This document shows positions 63,927 to 64,000 of a DNA stretch of 64,000 nucleotides, one piece after another. How positions within the stretch are numbered: the first letter of the stretch is position 1; the number at the start of each line of letters is the position of its first letter. The translations under genes and the position numbers were made by a program. The notes under the pieces are model-generated. The model had not been told where the DNA came from, made no database searches, and worked only from the letters and a program-made list of their open reading frames with translations. The stretch is from positions 1 to 64,000 of IMG/VR virus record IMGVR_UViG_3300007734_000761. One strand, written 5' to 3'. The DNA comes from a virus.

Positions 63927-64000
63927 TTATTTAATTTGGGTTACTGTGGCAATAATAGAAGGTACTCCAACGTTTCCATTTCCTCCTGATCCTGGGGTTG
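63927..64000 (-). CDS. 3' end of a gene extending beyond the window (probable virion protein)
   Basis: ..TPGSGGNGNVGVPSIIATVTQIK-stop. Confidence 0.55.
   Translation of the reverse strand, partial: TPGSGGNGNVGVPSIIATVTQIK

Overview
A 64 kb segment of a large, AT-rich, T4-like (myovirus-type) dsDNA phage genome in the standard genetic code. Nearly all genes are on the minus strand. The host is probably a Bacteroidota bacterium, inferred from two proteins ending in type IX secretion (T9SS) sorting domains. Layout: (1) 1-11.6 kb early/host-takeover region with a sigma70-family factor, MoxR AAA+ ATPase, vWA-metallopeptidase, metallophosphoesterase and Zn-finger proteins; (2) 11.6-26.6 kb with an AAA ATPase, SGNH hydrolase, a second divergent sigma factor, LamG virion proteins, UvdE, DNA ligase and a lytic transglycosylase; (3) 26.6-37.7 kb glycosyltransferase/methyltransferase cluster; (4) PD-(D/E)XK nuclease, clamp loader and a tRNA cluster (8 canonical tRNAs, 1 tRNA-like RNA lacking an anticodon loop, 8 unexplained hairpins); (5) lysis genes and a cohesin/dockerin/CsgG-like/beta-barrel/T9SS surface module; (6) GroEL/GroES, sliding clamp and family B DNA polymerase. 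Main observations absent from the ORF track: two tandem arrays encoding at least 10 related 37-53 aa Trp/Tyr-rich microproteins; three promoter classes, including fused terminator-promoters; a sigma factor carrying a putative capsid-targeting LxE leader; and a GIY-YIG endonuclease that split a gene and supplies a replacement signal peptide. All family assignments come from motif recognition by eye; no database searches were run.
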